DNA of 64,000 bases, from contig NEEC01000008.1 in NCBI GenBank assembly GCA_002189035.1, positions 930,001 to 994,000 of the forward strand, in the 5' to 3' direction. The DNA is from Utricularia gibba. Taxonomy: Eukaryota; Plantae; Magnoliophyta. Position 1 is the first letter of the stretch. Each line of letters begins with the position of its first letter. The translations under genes and the position numbers were made by a program. Positions 11,904 to 24,936 of this stretch are shown piece by piece. The notes under the pieces are model-generated. The model saw only the letters and a program-made list of their open reading frames with translations. It did no database searches and was not told the origin of the DNA.

Positions 11904-13019
11904 AGCTAAGTCTTCTCCACTCTCTTACTCTTGTATTCCTGCATCAGTAGGGGAATGTAGGACGTGGTGTTCCCTCTTTGGGTCGACCTCTGACTGCTAA
12001 TCCAAAGTCTGATGACTCAGGCCGTCTACATAGACATGTTCTTTTAGATTTGGTGAAACCAGAGTTTGAATATGGATTTTATTGAAAGCTTGCGTTTTTC
12101 TTTAGTACATAGAACTATATGCATCGTCTTTCTATGCATCAAACACTTTGTCTTCTACCTTTATGCCTTGGGGAAAGGATTATGCATGGGAATAATTCCT
12201 GTTCACCTCTTTCGTGAGTTTATCATACTTTATAGATGGGAAATCTCAGATTCGTATGAGTGGAATATATGAACCGTGCTGAACCTCTTCTTCAATCTAG
12301 TTAGTGATTTGAGTTATAATTTTTTGAATTGGGTGGAGTGCCCCAAATGAAGAGCTAAATTGAAGAATAGGTTCAACCCGTTTTCATATATTTCTACTCA
12401 TAGGAATTTGAGATTTCCCATCTGAAATTAAACTCACGAAAGAGGTGTATAGGAATTATTTCCATACCTAAATGTGAGTTGAAAATGAACTCACGAAGGA
12501 GACCAAATGTAGTTGCGGGAAGCAATGGCACTGCAACCAGGGAATACTCATGATCCTCAGAGCGAAATTTGAATCCATTTTTTGGCTTAGGAATTGTTTA
12601 GATAATATTTTCAATCATTAAAAAATCTAAATAGTTTATAATTTGAATGGTTAAATTGTGATTAATCATTCGTTTTTTAATGAAAAAATATGAAATCATA
12701 ACTGAAATGTAATTAATTGTTTTTATTTTAAAGTAATTTTTTCAATTCAATGTAATTGGATATTGAATTCGTGATTTTAAAATGTTATGGGGGGTTTTTC
12801 CAGAGAGGTTAAAAGGGTAATTTACGCAACTCGGAATTAAGCCCGGGTCACGAATTGGGCTGATCGGATAAAGTGAGAAGAGGAGCCCATTACGAGAAGA
12901 GATCCGTTAACGTTGAAAGCTCAATCTTTTAAAAAAATAAGCCCTTTTTTTTTTTTTGAGATTTTCAAAATAAATTTATCCTCCAAGTATGGAAATTATG
13001 TGGCTCCAACAGCAACGCC

Positions 13020-14347
13020 ATGCTGGGCAGGGCTACTTTCGCAGCCTCGTGTTCTCTGGCCTCCCGCAGTGGTTCGTCGACAGATTCTCCGTTTCTGCTG
13101 AACTCGCCGGAAGCCGATGCAGTCCACTTCAGCCGTCGGGGATTGCTTACTTCTTTGCCCTTTACTGTATCGCCATTTCTAGCTTTTCCGCAAGGTAGGA
13201 ACCATGCCCATGACTTCATCTCTTTGCCTGTTTCTGAAGCCCGTGGCCTCTTCCGGATGCCCCCATATCGGCTCGCAAACAGGTGAACAATCTTACTTTC
13301 GTATTGTCTACTGGGCACTCTTGTTTACAGGGGATTTGCGTGCCCCCTGCCAACTGTTTGATTTAATGGGAGTCCGGAATCTGGGGTTCTCCTGGTTCGT
13401 TATAAAAAATTGGTGGTTGGCGTGAATCAGGTACTATTTGGTGAGAGCTGGGGAATCCAATTATGAGAGAATAGGAGTAATCAACACAAATCCGGTTGCT
13501 AAAACATCAGTAGACAACGGATTGTCCGAAGAGGGAAAGAAGCAGACAGTCAGAGCTGCATTTAAGTTGAAATCTGTGGGGGCATGTGAAAACAATTGCT
13601 GGATTTGGCCTTCAATTACCCAGAGAGCTTATCAGGCTGCTGAGATCATTGCTGCTGTTAATGGGATCAACCGAAGGTACTCATGTTAACCTCCTTCGCT
13701 TGGCATAGAAACAGCCTGTGAGTGTAATAAAGTTAACGTATTGCTGCAGCCATATAGTTCCTGAGTACAGCTTCTTGGATGCTCGGGGACTTGGAGCATT
13801 TGAAGGGCGAAAACTGGAAGCCATTTCAGAGGTAGTGGCGTCCATAACTATACCAAAATGCTCCATGAAATGCTGAAAGCGAGATCTCTCTCTGTGTCAA
13901 CACAATCCCCCAGGTGTACGCTGCAGACACTCTTTCTCCCAACATCAAACCTCCCCCAGTAGACGACGGGACACCAAATGAAAGCGTGCAGGATGTGTTC
14001 GTACGCGTCACACAGCTCATGTCCATCCTCGAGACGCAGTACTCAGGGGACACCGTCATCATCGTGTCTCCTGATTCCGATAACCTATCTGTCCTCCAAG
14101 CCGGCTTGCTGGGGCTCAACCTACGCAGGTAACTCACCTTCCCATGAAACACACTACACTAAAGAGATGATGATGAATCAGTCATCTATATGTTTGCAGG
14201 CACCATGAGCTTTCCTTCACCCCCGGCGAAGTCAGGTTCGTGGATCCTTCCACCATCCCCACAGCTTCCAAACCACCCCCCTCCAAGATGTGCAAGTGCC
14301 CCAACCCCCCAAACTGCATCTCATTGCAACCCTCTGTTCAGAGCTAA
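13020..14347 (+). CDS. Phosphoglycerate mutase-family protein, probably plastid-targeted
   Basis: RYYLVRAGES, WPSITQRAYQAAEII, FLDARGLGAFEG, DGTPNESVQDVFVRVTQLMSILETQYSGD, ends CKCPNPPNC...; Ser/Ala-rich N-terminus. Resembles At5g62840 from memory. Confidence 0.88.
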
Positions 14348-16023
14348 ACTCATTGCTGGTTGACTTCCAACCCGCAAACACACATTTGTGTTGGGTCAAA
14401 CCAACAGATACGACAACCCACATTGTCATCTCACAATTCCAACTTTACTTCTGCCACCCCACCTCAAGTGACACCTTCTACATTCCCCCCCCCCCCCCCC
14501 CCCGATTGACCAAAATAATATACTGCATCCGTGTCCGACGCGCGCCTTCTTTATTTTTTTATACTTTGGTGTCGATCAACGTGCAAGATCGGGTTTTTTT
14601 ATTGGAAAAGCTATCCAACTGCCGTTTGTCACCTCCCAAGGGACAAACCATTGATAGAAGGATCAAAGAGGCACACTTTGGCCTGGGTTTCTCATAAAAC
14701 GTTTCTTAGGTTTTTATTTTTCATTCTCATTCTTATAACCTATGGTTTCCAACGAGTTTCGTAGTCATTATGGGCATGTGTTTTAATCGTGATTGAATCG
14801 TTGATTAATTTTGAAAAGAGAATTTAAATACCATACGTTTTATAATATTTTTATTCGTAATTATTGATATCTCATACATTATATTTTTTTATTAATTTAA
14901 ATGATTAATATTCAACTTGTTCACATATTTTTTTATTACAATAAAAAATACATCCATTGATTGATCCAATTAGAGTTTGATTTGTATAAAAATGTAAGTG
15001 GATTTCAGATTAAATTGATGAGAAAGTTGCAATAAAAACACATCAAATTTATTCAATATAAAGTGTTTAATCTTCAGCTATCAAAATTACAAAAAAAAAA
15101 ATTTAAGTTGTCAAAATCGTATAACTAAGATTCTAATAATTTTTAAAATTTTTTAAAAATGAACTATTTATAATACTGTGAACTGGTTTTGGTTTCAAAT
15201 TCAACAAGATTTCGTATTAAGTCTTTTCATATTCATGTTTAGAATTCGACAAATTGAATTATACCACCTGTTAGAATCATATCACATTCGTATTTCATAA
15301 TGTTTGGAATTACATAATAGTAAGATCATTAGAGGAGAAAGAATATAACTTATGTATAATATTTACAATGATATATTGTTATAACAATGTTACAATAAAA
15401 ATTAATTAATTTTAATAACATGAGAAATTAAATATATAATTTTATACCGCTCATTAATAAAATATTTTTAAAAAATGATTTAAATTATTTACAATGAATG
15501 TGACTTCAAGTTCCGCCGACAAACTCCACACTTACATTGATATTCGTCTAGGTTCGATTTGGAAATATGATTTTAAAACATTGAAAGTGGGCATGTAGAC
15601 GTGATCACGAGCACATGCCCACTCTATCAGCTGCACCTTATTTTAAAAAAGGGGGGATATTATAATTAAATCAATCCATTTGGGGACTTAAGTTTGGACT
15701 TTAGAATATTAATCCAGTTACAACCATCAACGTGGAAATTGTTTTTTTTTTTTTTCCTTTAAATGGTGTCCAAGTGTATGCAGTTGGAGCAGCAGATCTG
15801 TATTGCGCCTCCGCCTCTGCGAATTGGAAATCTGCCGTCGACGCCCCTCTTGTTGACTCGTTAACTGCTGTTACTGGAGGAAGCCCACTTCCTTTTACCC
15901 TCTGAGAATTCGAGCTTTTTTCGTGGAACTGTTGCTGTTGGGGTTGGGTGGCGACTGGGGTTTCTTTGATTGCTTTTGGTGGAATGTGAAGCGTTTACTG
16001 GCTTGCGGGTTGTGAATTTGGGG

Positions 16024-17966
16024 ATGGCAATCAAGGGCGTGGATTTCAAATGGTGGGGTTTCGGTTGATTTGGTTTTGTTAACAGTAGTAGTTTGTGTTT
16101 GGTTATTGTGATCGTGAATTCGGTTTTTCTTGCAGGTATGATGGCTTCTTCTTATCTATGCTTGCCACAAGCATGTATCCTTTTCTTGAATTTTCTCTCA
16201 ATTCTGTTCTTGTTTGCATCTGGGTTGTTTAGTGATGAGACGTGCTATGTCATGGGGTTCTGATATTTTCTTAACTAGTTTGTAGAATAATTGTAGCTGT
16301 TAATTGGGAGAAGTACCATTCCTGTACCTACCCCTTGCATATATGGATTGTGGTATGGTATCCTTTAACCTTTTGGACAATAAAAATTTATTTGTTTCTA
16401 GTACTTTTTGTATCTCAATGAAGGGTTGTTGCTTTTAGGTTGACTATACTACAGTGTTTCTTTTTCGCCTCCTCATGTTTCTAGACAATGGTTTAGCTGC
16501 TGGGATGGGATTGTAAGGACTCCCCTTCTGAGTTCCTTTTCTGGATTAATGGCTGAGATTAGTTTTCTTTTTTTCGTTACTTGATCCATCATTTTGTTAC
16601 TCTTGAGATTGCAAGTGTTTCGATTGACGCTTCCTTTGTTGTTGGAATGACCACAGGGATCTTGGATCCCAACAAAGATATGCTCGTTTTTGTGGGAGAG
16701 TTGCTGTTTTGTCCATTCTTGTTCTGCTGCTTTATCCATTCCTTATTGCTTGGACTGGCATTGGGACGCTGTGGTTCGTTCGTGCTAGAAACTGCGTATG
16801 CTTCATCTCATTCTCCTTTGTACTTCTGTTCCCCACTTCAGAATCTAATGTACTATAACTGTACCTCAGTTGCCTGAAGAAGGTCAAAAATGGGGTTTTC
16901 TTATCTGGCTGCTCTTCAGCTATTGCGGTCTTCTATGCATGGCTTGTGTATGCCTTGGAAAGGTCCGCAATTCTTTTGGATTCAAGGACTCGTTTTACAT
17001 GCCACCCAATCCTCGTAGATTTATTGTAATTTCGCTGCAGTGGATAACCAGAAGGCATGTGCATCTACTCCGTGGTCAACAGGGAATCCCTGTTTCTGAA
17101 TTTGGTGTAAGCTTCATGAATCAGCACACTTCCCATTTGGTTCTCGACATGATTGATGCATTAGAATTTCTGGGCTGTGTTCCAGGTGGTTGTAGACATG
17201 ATCAGAGTGCCGGATTGGGCTATCGAAGCTGCCGCAGGTCAAGAAATGAGAGGAATGGGACAAGATGCAACGCCTTACCAGCCAGGCCTATACTTGACCC
17301 CTGCACAGGTATAGGAATCGGAATTGATATCCCTGAAATCTTCAATCAACTTGTAAAAGTCATGCATTCTGCTCATGTAAGAGTTCTAATTTGTCTTGTC
17401 AGAGGGAAGCTGTTGAAGCTCTTATTCAAGAACTTCCAAAGTTCAGGATGAAGGCTGTGCCCACTGATTGCAATGAATGCCCAATATGCTTGGAAGAGTT
17501 TCACGTTGGAAATGAGGTAAATGCGAAAGGAGAAGATGAGAAAAGATCCTCCCATTCAGCCCGGCACCGAAACTCCGACGGACACCTCATGCCTTAACTT
17601 CGAGTTTTGCAGGTCCGTGGCCTCCCTTGCGCCCACAACTTCCACGTCGAATGCATCGACGAGTGGCTCCGTCTGAACGTGAAATGTCCGAGATGCCGCT
17701 GCTCTGTCTTCCCAAACCTGGACCTGAGCGCACTATCCAGCATCCAGGCGGACACAGAACGGCCGCCTCCGACCAACATAGTCACCGTGAGTCAGTATGT
17801 CCGGAGCCAGCCCTCCAGCCAAAGCTACCGACTTCGGTTACAGGGTCTCCTCCGGCCTGCCCGTTCGGGCGGCGAGGAGCCGGAAAGCTCGGTAGCGCCG
17901 TCGCGCACCGAAAATGCAGAGCTGGTTCAAGTGGTCGTCCAAGAGACTGCCACGCCACGGCCTTGA
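16024..17966 (+). CDS. SIS3: RING-H2 E3 ligase SUGAR-INSENSITIVE 3-like, with transmembrane N-terminus
   Basis: MAIKGVDFKWYDGFFLSMLATS, LPEEGQKWGFLIWL, CPICLEEFHVGNE/VRGLPCAHNFHVECIDEWLRLNVKCPRCRC. Confidence 0.92.
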
Positions 17967-18030
17967 GCGATAAACTGTTTGTATTTTGATGTTAGATTCA
18001 ATAATCCTGAAAAAGAAGGGACTTGTTTTC

Positions 18031-18130
18031 TAAATATTCATTTTTTAAGCGACAATATTGAGAATTAGTAACAAAATAGTGCTGTTTTATAAATAATCAT
18101 TTTTAAGGGACAATATTGAGAATTAGTAAC
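18031..18130. repeat. Two-copy direct repeat, period about 58 bp
   Basis: gacaatattgagaattagtaac is identical at 18051-18072 and 18109-18130, with similar flanks. Confidence 0.75.
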
Positions 18131-18319
18131 CATTTATTTTGATCATCGTGTTGTTCTTGAGATGTGCTTCGTGATCGGGCGCCAGCTTCTCACTCAATGC
18201 AGTTGGTATTTGCGGTTGTTGTTCCCGCTCGATGAAGATGGTTTATGGTCCTCGTTTATGAAGTTGGCTGTCGTGTGTGCATTCTGTGGGCGGAAGATTC
18301 GAATTGAAGGGCCATTATT

Positions 18320-21184
18320 ATGGCGCCTGTTTCAAACTCTCCACCGGGCTCTGCCGGCGATAGTGTTTCTTCTAAGTCAGGTTTAGATGCGTTTTCTTTA
18401 ATCTTTTCTTGTATGTATGAATGTCCATACTTCATGTTCTCCTTCTTCACACTTGGGTGATTTCTATTTTTTTTATTCTGTTTACTTAATTGTGAGATAG
18501 TGAATTAGAAGAACTGGAATTTCTATTACGATTTTGGCATGATCTTTTTCATGGTTAGTTGTATTTCTGAATTTAGTTGAAGTTAAACGTGGTGCTTTTC
18601 CGGCATTGGCGGATGCTTAAAGTTAACTTACTTGATGACGATGTTCCCTTGGTTGTGTTCTTCAGTTTCACAGAGCATACCAGCTAGTGTTGATGATAGG
18701 TGGGACACGAAACTGGAGGCTGCAAGGGAGGCTTCTACTGCTTCAGCATTTGTGAACTCAGCGCCCATTCGAGAAGGAAAAGTGCAAAATGCTGTAAAGT
18801 TTCTTGCACACCCCAGTGTTAGGGGAGCTCCTGCCATTTATAGGCGTTCATTTCTTGAGAGTAAGGGCCTGACTAAGGAGGAGATTGATGAAGCATTTCG
18901 ACATGTTCCTGTATGTAACTTCCATTCTCTCGATTTGTTGTAGAATGTAAACCTAGTTGTTTTAAGAATCTATTGTGAAGCCTTACAGTTTCACCTTATA
19001 GGATCCCTCGACATTGGTTACTACAACAGGCCATTTAGTTAACAGTCAAGGTAACAAAATATTACCTTTTCTCTCTCTCAATTGTAGATTCTGACCTGTT
19101 ATGGTAACTAACTCTATGCGATTTTTGTATCATGAAGATGGAGAGGCTAGATCCTCACCAAGTATTCAGTCTCAACCACCAGAACAAGTGCTTCAACTGA
19201 CTTCTTCAAAGATGGGTATGCTATCTCAGTTCAAATGGTGTCATGGTATTATTGCTTTAGGCTTTCTGGTTACATCTGGAATTGGAGCTGGAGTACTTTT
19301 TAAGGTAACATTTGAGTGCGACTGCGAGACATATGGCTGTTTTTCAGATAATATTTCACACACATAAAAACAGGACTATGGGTTTGGCTTATAGTAAATA
19401 TTGTCAAACTTGCTGACCCACTCTGGTGCGATCTTCCATCTTAAATTCGTCATATCTTGTGTCAGAACTCAGTTATTCCTTGGTTTAAGTCCTGGATTCG
19501 GAAAGTTATATTGGATGAAAAGGAGCATCTGGTGAAGAAAAGCAGCGTGACACCACATTTAGCTGAAGAAACTGCAGTTTCTGTGAAAGCTGCTGCCATT
19601 GCAGCAGCTGATGTAGCGCGAACAAGTCAGGAGATGTTAATATCTTGGAATGAAGGTTGATTTCCCTGTTGTTTTCATTGATTATATTGCAAATTGATTC
19701 TCTAGAACCAGCATGCATCTGCTCACCTTTTCTGATTTCTCTCTCAGAGAAGCGGTGCTTCGATGAGCTTATCCATATGTTAAATGTGCAAGTAACGAAA
19801 ATAAAATCCATGAGTAATTCTCTAAAAATGTTGGAAAATGGTAAGGATCAGATGCCTGCGAAGCCTTTTTTAGTGAAGCTCTGTGTATTTTTTATATGGT
19901 TCTGGGTGTTTAAGTCAAAAATCTTTTACATACATGGGCCTAATTTCTTCTGCCTGCACTCGCAGGTCAAAGTGTAAATGGGAGATCCACTGGATCAACA
20001 GTGAGTCATCCTCATTTGTGCTCTTGAGTTTCATTTGTCATTTTTGGGCTCATGTTGCCTCCTCTGATTTTTGTTCTCAGCCTATTCATTTAAATGGCGG
20101 GCTCACTGCCGATTCCCATTCAGGTTTATTAATAATGTGATGAGCTTCATATCATTGCAAGTTTTTGCTTGTCATCAATCTTGACCATTTCAAGTCCCGC
20201 ATTAGCAGAGAGTCCTTCACCTCGTGCTAATGTTGTGGATTCATCAAGTGCACGCTATCCAAACTCATACATGGAGGTAAATTTTTATCTAAGAAACTCA
20301 CACAAACAAAATACGCATTGTTCTGACTTAGAAACTCAGTTGCACAACGAATCAACTTCATTTTTTTTTTCTCAGAAATGCTGTTGCTTGCAAAAGGGCT
20401 AGACTTTCCCTTTCCAAATCAGCTTTGTCGATTTCCTAATGTCTGTAACTTCCCTTGCAGATATTGGATATGATTAGAAGAGGTGAGAGACCTCCTAATA
20501 TTCGGGTAAGCTCCCTCCTATATGTGATATCAAACATATTTTTGGTAATCTGCTTGCCTTACACTTCAGTTTCTGGAACTTTTGCATCTGTGTCAGGATA
20601 TAGATGACAGACCACCGAACCCAGATCAACCATTAACAAATCCACGTTTAGCTCCGAGGCCAAAGGTTCGTTGCAAAACTTATGTTTTGTGCATTCCAAT
20701 GTCGGATCAGAGCAAGGCAACTGATGATTGTTTTACATGCCTTGTGAATCTCGGGCATCATTGTGATTATTTTGCATAGTCCATGTGACTCATAAAGTTC
20801 CTATTCTGCATACAGCCTTGGGAAGCTAATCAACGCTTCACTAACACGCACACAATACAAGGCAGAGGTACCCCAATGAATGCTGATGGTACATTACCTC
20901 TTTGGCAACAGAGGCGTGTACAGTTCACAGAAATTGACTCAGATGTCGAGCTGCCTGTCGGTAGAAACCCGTCCTGGAGATAATACGCACCTCCGCAGCC
21001 ACAAGGCAGCCTAAAGAGAGCTGTCCATCATACTCAAACAAGGCAATTGACTGATGAACAGTTACTTGCTCGATCCACATGTGTAGCTGATGAGCTGCAA
21101 ATAATCAGTAAAATCTCTGAATCTGAAGGTGGGGACGAAACAAACGGTGACAACACTGCGGCCTGTTCAACATACAGGAGATAA
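18320..21184 (+). CDS. PEX14: Peroxin 14-like (12 exons) with an in-frame TAA at 20981-20983 in the last exon
   Basis: IREGKVQNAVKFLAHPSVRG...RRSFLESKGLTKEEIDEAF, TM segment FKWCHGIIALG, SYMEILDMIRRGERPPNIR/DIDDRPPNPDQP...APRPK/PWE. The homologous tail (LTDEQLLARS...DELQIISKISESEGG) continues after the TAA to a second TAA at 21182. Confidence 0.87.
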
Positions 21185-21391
21185 AAACCTGCACGTTAGT
21201 GAACAAAATGGGAGAAGGGAAAATTTGTTACAGTTTCTTCATCTTGTTTTTGCCGGAAAAAACTGACAGGATTACGACGACTGACAGAAACTGGGAATTC
21301 TACACCAAGCATTTCTCACAACAAGATTACATGCTTTTCACACCAACCATTGTCACCCAAGCTCTACAACAACAGGATCACATCAGACGTT

Positions 21392-22280
21392 CTGCAAATG
21401 AAGAACGTTGAGTCACAAAAAAACATATCAGTTTTGAATTAGTGTCGAGAAAAACATATTTCACGTGATGGAGGTGATGTATCAGGTTCAATCTCGCTCA
21501 TTCATACAACAAACTATGTATTTGAATGATGACCAGAGCTCGAACATATTTTGCTATTCCAGACATTCAACGGTCCCTGCAACCATTTGAGCAGAAGACA
21601 CCTGCCAATATGTCTGGCTTTATCCATGGAAATGTGGCTAGGCAGAATTACAAGCTATAAAAGATGTAATAAACAGGATTGTAGTGAGCATCCAAGTCAA
21701 GTTAACTCAGTCTAAAATATGGAATCCAGATGTAGCCCAATTAGTTATGAGTGGAAACTAAAAAGCAACGATGGACACCTAAAGGAGAAACCAGAAGACA
21801 TATGGGAAACCCCAAGCATCGTTCCATTTCTCCATCTTCATTTTTCCAGACATGTAACAGTGCACAGATGACAACATCGGGCACCTGACTTACGTCTGGT
21901 ATTTCAGAAAACAATTGCTCAACCCACAAGTTTCATTTAATCGCCATGTCTTTAGCAAGACAGTAATAAAATGCATCAAGACTGTAACTTGATACACAAC
22001 CGCTAATCTAAGCTCTTCCAGATCTCGTGAAGTGCACGCAGGCCCGACATTGCAGCATGTGAGATGCCAATTACAACATGCCAGGGAGTGATGAATGGCA
22101 GGGAACGCAAATGCAAAACTGCACACACAGGACTATTGACCCACTAAAAGGATAAGCTTTCCTCGCAAGCATAGACACAAGAACGGCGAATGGCACCACA
22201 CCGCACGAAATCCAAGAATTTTCGAAATTGCATCTTCACAAGCAGGACGGAGAAGGAACACAAGAAGAAGGAAGAATCCC
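21392..22280 (-). ncRNA. Candidate spliced long non-coding transcript converging on the PEX14 3' end
   Basis: TATA (22304-22312), TGGGCC site II (22347-22352), CT-rich leader (about 22250-22280), canonical intron 21893-21779, and no recognisable protein ORF. Inferred only, with no expression data. Confidence 0.35.
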
Positions 22281-23233
22281 TGGGAACCCCAAAAGGGTGT
22301 ACATATATATATACAAGGATACATTAGGGCTACACCAATTCCGGGCTGGGCCTGAAGATTCGGTAGAACGGAATATTTCAAAATAAAATAATTTTAATGA
22401 AAATTTATATTTCTAAAATTTGAGTTTCCAAAGGCATGTCCATGAAACTATCATTATTTTGTTGAAAAATTAAAGAAAATAAAAAAGATTGAAAGGATTA
22501 AATATGTTGTATATCAATATACTAATTTAATTATGAATTTGAATTGAACTCTTTATTAATATATAAAATTTGTTATGTAATTTGAAATTATATTTAAGAT
22601 TATACAAAATAGAACCAGTTTTAAATTTTTTTGAATGGAATTAGTTTAAAATTGTAAAATTATTTTATAAAGTAATATAAATTTAATAAAATAAGACATA
22701 TATTGTAAATTTTAAAATATTAAATTATTATAAACTTTAATATTATAATATAAATATATTTTAAAAATAAATAAAAATTTAAATAATATAATTTTCTTAT
22801 TACTTTTATATTTAATCATTAAAATAAAAATTTCAATAATTCAATAATTACTAAAATTAATTACAGAATTTTAATTTCTGATTTTAATGTGTTAAAAATT
22901 AGAATTTTAAAAAATTAAACAAAATTGATTCAATCTAGAGTTAATTGAATTGAATAAAATTTCATATGAAATTGGATCAAGACAGTTAACTGTGCACGCA
23001 CTGTAAGCTTACACAAGTTCCGGTATCCCAACCCGTAGATTGGCCGGAAAATTTATTCTTGGAAGCATGGAAAAAGATTTGATTTTCTCAACGACAATTT
23101 CCTTTTGTTGGTGGTAAGGTGGGGTTTTCTTAATGGGATTTTTGATGATGATTCTCGTTTTGGGTCAGATGGGTTACCATAATTCATGAATATGGACTGT
23201 TGTTTGTGGTGGAATTAGTAGAATGAGTTATAC

Positions 23234-24936
23234 ATGGAGCCAAAAATGGCGTCCAAATGGAGATTTCATGTTAATCACAATGGAAAATTTCTTGTTACTG
23301 CGGCGCTGTTTATGGTGATTGTAGTAGTATCAGGAGGATACCTGGTATTTGGGGAATGGTTTTATATGCCTGAGAAATTGGGTACCTATTTTACTGTCGT
23401 TTTGGATTGTGGAAGTACTGGTTCAAGAGTAAATGTTTTTGAATGGAGGATTGAAAATGGTGATTTTCCTTTGTTACTGCGAAGTTACCCTCGTGATGAG
23501 AACAAAAGCATGAGCTGCAATTACCATTGCTTGCAAACTGAACCAGGTTTGCATAATTTTGTTGATGATGAACAGCGTGTGAGGACTTCTCTAGAACCAT
23601 TGATTGGATATGCAGAAAGATTGGTACCTCCAGAGAGGCAAAGTGAAACGCCTATATTTGTACTTGCTACTGCTGGAATGAGGAGCTTATCAGGTGAAAC
23701 TGCAAAGCAGGGGTTGGAGAACATAGAGAATGTGATAAAGGATTATAAGTTTATGTATAGGAAGAGCTGGATAAGGGTCTTGAGTGGGACAGAAGAGGCA
23801 TACTATGGCTGGGTCGCATTGAACTTTAAAATGGGGATCTTTCGTCGTGCTCTGGGTTTTCCCACATTGGGAATGCTCGATATAGGAGGATCTTCATTGC
23901 AGGTTGTGGCTGAGGTAAACCAACCAGTTCAAAATGGACATTCTTTTAAATCTAAGATTGGGGCTGTTGAGCACAACCTTGTGACATACTCCTTTCCATA
24001 TTTTGGTTTCAATAAAGCTTTTGAGAGAACTGTTCATATTTTAAGCCATACTGCTGCTCTTGTAGAAAGTGACACAGGAACGCTTGAAGTTAGACATCCT
24101 TGTCTTGGGTCTCATTTTGTCCAGAATTATACTTGTGATGTTTGCTTTCATCGAGTTGCCGGAAGTCTGACCAATGACATGATAGAGGATAAGTCTAGAA
24201 ATTCCTTGTTGCTTGTTGGGGAACCAAATCAGGAGCAATGTGAAGAGATTGCATTGTTAGCTGCAACAAATTTTAGTAGCTCAGAGCTCTCACTTCAGCA
24301 TGATAAATCAAAATGTGTTGGCTTCTTTATGAGTGACGGTTAGTTGAAATTCTCCGAATCCTTGTCAAGAAGATGCTTGATAAATAGGAGTGCACATGAA
24401 CATAGCATGAGTCTCCTACAATGCTCTCTGAGATCCTCTTCTTTTTTGCAGGAAACATAACACAATATCTGCATTCCAGCCCAAGTTACCATGCCTTATC
24501 AGGCTTCTTTGCAGTATACCAAGATCTAAATATGAGCCAGGGGAGCTCAAGTCTGACCCGGTTGCAACATTCTGCCTGGAAATTGTGTTCAAGATCGATG
24601 GAGAATCAGAATATCGTCACCAAACAACGATGTTTCCAGCTCTCCTACTTGACATCACTCATAGAAAATGCCCTGTGCTTGAGCGATGTCGAGATAACAT
24701 TTGGGCCAGGCGATGTTTCCTGGAGCTTAGGCGCTTCACTTGTTGAAGGAGAGTTCATTTGGCATCGTCAGGGAAACAGGCCTTATACCCTGCAACAGAA
24801 TGCAAATATGCATCTTGCATTGTTTGCATCAGCTCTGCTGCTGCTATCTCTGCTTCTATTCCATGGTATGCTTCCGTTACTATGGAAGAAGAGTATTGCT
24901 TTCTGCTTTAAATTTCGTCTGTTTTTTGTGCTGTAG
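23234..24936 (+). CDS. APY7: GDA1/CD39 apyrase, APY7-like (exons 23234-24338, 24451-24936)
   Basis: Apyrase-conserved regions VVLDCGSTGSR, EPGL, ATAGMR, GTEEAYYGWVALN, DIGGSSLQV, VSWSLGA; N- and C-terminal TM helices. Confidence 0.87.
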
